The position numbers and the translations under genes were made by a program. DNA of 64,000 bases from an uncultured Solibacteraceae bacterium (GTDB lineage: Bacteria; Acidobacteriota; Vicinamibacteria; Vicinamibacterales; SCN-69-37). A model generated the notes under the pieces. It was not told the DNA's origin, searched no databases, and saw only the letters and a program-made list of their open reading frames with translations. Each line of letters starts with the position of its first letter. The first letter of the stretch is position 1. Of the stretch, positions 61,380 to 64,000 are shown piece by piece. The stretch spans positions 5,927 to 69,926 of the forward strand of contig CAYQRM010000112.1 in NCBI GenBank assembly GCA_964419785.1, read 5' to 3'.

Positions 61380-64000
61380 CTATTTCGCGCCCGCGTCCAA
61401 ATGATCCCAATTCAGCATCGCGTTGAACACGAGGAAGAAGTTGCCCTGGGTCTCGAAGCGCCAGAACGGCCGGCAGCCGAAGAGCACCGCATGGCCTCTG
61501 CCGACTGACTCATCGATCACGACCGGATGGCCGGCGATGTACTCGCCACCGGTCAACTCGCCCGAGAGCAGGATGTCGTTCGGATCGGTCGGAAACGACA
61601 GCAGCACGCGCGGGTAGCCGGTCGTCGTGACGCCGAAGTCGCGTCCGGTCGGCGCCGGTTCGGTCGTCGGCGCGGCGCCGCCGCGGCCACGTCCGCCGAA
61701 TCCCGAGCCGGGTCCGCCGCCGCGCGCTCCGCCGAGACCTGCGGGCCCGCCGCCGCGCGGCATGCCGATCGCGTTCGGCGGAGGCGTCCACGCGCCGCCG
61801 TCGAGCGTCGTGAGTCGCGCGGCCACATTCATCGGCGCGAGCGATCCGCCGCCGGGCCGCACGGGCTCGCCGCCGCGGCCGCCCTGCGCCGGCTCGGCCG
61901 CCGGCTGAATCGCCGGTCCCGGTCCGAACAGCGGTCCGACGTTGAACAGCACGCCGAGTGCATTCTGGTCGTAGCCGTAGAGCACCGGACTCGTCTTGTC
62001 GGCGAGCACCGTCTTGAGCACCGAGCCCTGGACGAACAACCCCGCCGGCTGTTCCAGCGTGATGCCGCTCGTGATGTTGTTTTCGGGGAACAGGCGCGCC
62101 GGGCCGCCCTCGGCGATCAGGACACCGCCTTCGTTGACGAACTTCGCGAGCTCGCGGAGGCCGTCCTTGCCGAGGCCGCCGCGCGTATCGTCCGTCTGAT
62201 CGGGCGACGTGCCGATGTTCGGCGTGACGTCCGTCTTCTTGTACGGCGTCGGCGGGCCGGATGGAATGCCCTCGCTCGTCGTGTTCACGTTCGTCTGCGG
62301 ATAGAGGATGACGTCGTACTTCGCGCGCAGGTTGCCCTGGCGCACGAGGTTGTCGCCGAAGTACGTGTACGGCACCTTCAGCTTGTCGAGGGCCATGCGC
62401 CACCAGCCCTCGTCCTGCGTGCTCTGCCAGCTGTGCAGGTAGCCGATGCGCGGCAGCGTCAGGTCGTGCTTCGCCACGGACGGCGCGGGGTCGGTCGCCC
62501 ACGCCATCAACCCGTACTCCTTGACTTGCGGCTCGAGCGCCGTGCGATTCGCGTTGGCGATGACGACCGCCCCGGGCGCGAAGTGGTGACCGCCGAGGTC
62601 GAAGGCCTGCTCGGCGATCTGCATCTTCGTGTCTTTGTTCTGGAACAGGAACGTGATGAACGGATTGTCGGCCGTGTGATCGATGACGATGGTCGATCCG
62701 GTGCCGGTGATCGTGCCGGGGATCTTGAAATCCGCGGTCGCGAGCGTCATCGGCTTGTCGAGAATCGCGTTGTCGTCGATCCGGTAGCTCTTGATGTTGC
62801 GCAGCGCCGGAATGTCCCAGCCGGTGTCGTCGTACGGCCGCGGGTTGTCCGGCGGATACCACTGCACGCCCAACAGCGTCTCGACGACGCCGCCGTACGG
62901 CTGATCCATGCGGATGACGTAATCGCCCGGCGTGACGAGCACCTGGCCGACCTGATACGCCTGCGACGCGACGCTGACTTCGGCGCCTTCGCGGCGAAGC
63001 AGATTCATCAAGTCCGCCGCTTCGACCGCGCGGCGCTGCTTGGCCGGCACGACGTACGCGTACGGCGCGCGCGTCTTGCCCTGCTCGATCATCTGCTTGT
63101 TCTTCGCGTAGTAGTTCTCGAGGAACTTCTCTTTGTTCTTCGCGACCGTGTTGAGCGTAATGAGGAGCGCCGACTCCTGCATGTTCACGTTCGATCGGCT
63201 GCTCCACTGCACGCCCTCGGGCGGAATCGGATCGACGCGGTACCACTCTTTCTCCTGACCCGGCACGCCCCGACCGCCGCCACGTCCGGCTTGCGCCGCC
63301 GCCTGCGCTTCGGGCGTCACCGTCGTCGTTGACGCAGCCGCCGCGCCGGCGTTGCCAGCTCCGCGAGCCGCGCCGCGTCCACCACCCGCACGACCACCGG
63401 CAGCACCGCCAGCGGCGCCCGCCGCACCGGCCGCCGGTTGATCGGCCGGAGCCCCCGCGCGACCACCACCGCCGCCACCGCGTCCGCCGGCTTGACCATA
63501 GCTCTGGGTCTCGTAGAACCGGCCGATCGAATTGTGCGTGACGCCGATCCAGAACATGTAGTTCGGAATCCAGCCGTCGTAGTAGTTGTACGTCCACACG
63601 CCCGGCACGCCGCGCTTGGTCATCTCCATGATTTCGTTCTGCGCGAGCCACCACCACTCGGTCACCTGAATGGGCGCGACGATCGGGTTGTACGGGCCGG
63701 TGCCCGTCGAGACGTACAGCAGCGGCTCCGACTCGTGCAGGTCATGGAAGACCGTCGGGTGCAGATCCAGGAACGACTTCAGCATGTTGTTCGTGAGCGC
63801 GAGTCCCACGCCGATGCCGTCGCGATTGTTGTCGTGCTGCACGTAGTGGCCCCAGTACGCGAGGCCGGGATTGGGCTGACCGGCTTCGGACGCGCGCTGG
63901 CCGTCGACGAGCTTCTCGCGGCCGTCGACTTCCGACGCCGGCGTGAAGACGAAGATCAGGTTGTTGCGGATCTCGTTGATGAACGGCGTGTCCTCGACCG
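61380..64000 (-). CDS. M14-like peptidase paralog with two Gly/Arg-rich inserts (5' partial; continues past the window end)
   Basis: The frame stays open from 63842 to 64000 (VEDTPFINEIRNNLIFVFTPASEVDGRE...YVQHDNNRDG), so the listed Met is an internal GTG. Colinear with 53996-56641, including the C-terminal HAVLFGCRPFWRFETQGNFFLVFNA. Confidence 0.7.
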   Translation of the reverse strand, partial: VEDTPFINEIRNNLIFVFTPASEVDGREKLVDGQRASEAGQPNPGLAYWGHYVQHDNNRDGIGVGLALTNNMLKSFLDLHPTVFHDLHESEPLLYVSTGTGPYNPIVAPIQVTEWWWLAQNEIMEMTKRGVPGVWTYNYYDGWIPNYMFWIGVTHNSIGRFYETQSYGQAGGRGGGGGGRAGAPADQPAAGAAGAAGGAAGGRAGGGRGAARGAGNAGAAAASTTTVTPEAQAAAQAGRGGGRGVPGQEKEWYRVDPIPPEGVQWSSRSNVNMQESALLITLNTVAKNKEKFLENYYAKNKQMIEQGKTRAPYAYVVPAKQRRAVEAADLMNLLRREGAEVSVASQAYQVGQVLVTPGDYVIRMDQPYGGVVETLLGVQWYPPDNPRPYDDTGWDIPALRNIKSYRIDDNAILDKPMTLATADFKIPGTITGTGSTIVIDHTADNPFITFLFQNKDTKMQIAEQAFDLGGHHFAPGAVVIANANRTALEPQVKEYGLMAWATDPAPSVAKHDLTLPRIGYLHSWQSTQDEGWWRMALDKLKVPYTYFGDNLVRQGNLRAKYDVILYPQTNVNTTSEGIPSGPPTPYKKTDVTPNIGTSPDQTDDTRGGLGKDGLRELAKFVNEGGVLIAEGGPARLFPENNITSGITLEQPAGLFVQGSVLKTVLADKTSPVLYGYDQNALGVLFNVGPLFGPGPAIQPAAEPAQGGRGGEPVRPGGGSLAPMNVAARLTTLDGGAWTPPPNAIGMPRGGGPAGLGGARGGGPGSGFGGRGRGGAAPTTEPAPTGRDFGVTTTGYPRVLLSFPTDPNDILLSGELTGGEYIAGHPVVIDESVGRGHAVLFGCRPFWRFETQGNFFLVFNAMLNWDHLDAGAK

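Overview
Strongly GC-rich chromosomal segment with a marked G/C bias at third codon positions. It is densely packed with about 58 genes. It is probably from Acidobacteria or a related soil phylum: it carries an ADOP-type orphan MacB-like permease, an hpnCDE squalene operon and a DUF1800/DUF1501 pair. I see no rRNA, tRNA, CRISPR array, transposase or integrase.

Most of the window is housekeeping or soil-lifestyle metabolism:
- lacD-like aldolase, thiI, and pduO-hpnC-hpnD-hpnE
- mutY/mutT, ygfZ, and lpdA-E2-lipB
- hup, queF, panE, thiO
- a BCA-order molybdopterin oxidoreductase
- several MFS, MBL and alpha/beta-hydrolase genes
- two large M14-like peptidase paralogs

Best candidate for an undescribed system: a translationally coupled SNF2/DEAH helicase (776 aa) plus Eco57I-type N6-adenine methyltransferase (1084 aa) at 20281-25862. 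I can recognise no nuclease in it and no DISARM, BREX or Type I partner genes nearby. Both proteins carry large domains I cannot assign. A stand-alone Smr nuclease-domain gene lies just upstream.

Other leads:
- an orphan BMC-H shell protein directly behind a D-threonine-aldolase-like PLP enzyme
- a fused FeS/NrfD subunit paired with a catalytic Mo subunit that has no Tat signal
- a TauE gene coupled to a DUF1634-TolB-propeller fusion
- several apparent pseudo-enzymes
- a 9-bp VNTR in the E2 linker
- at least four families of short interspersed (quasi)palindromic repeats, two of which supply C-terminal tails to ORFs

All calls come from reading the translations and the DNA by eye. No database search was run.
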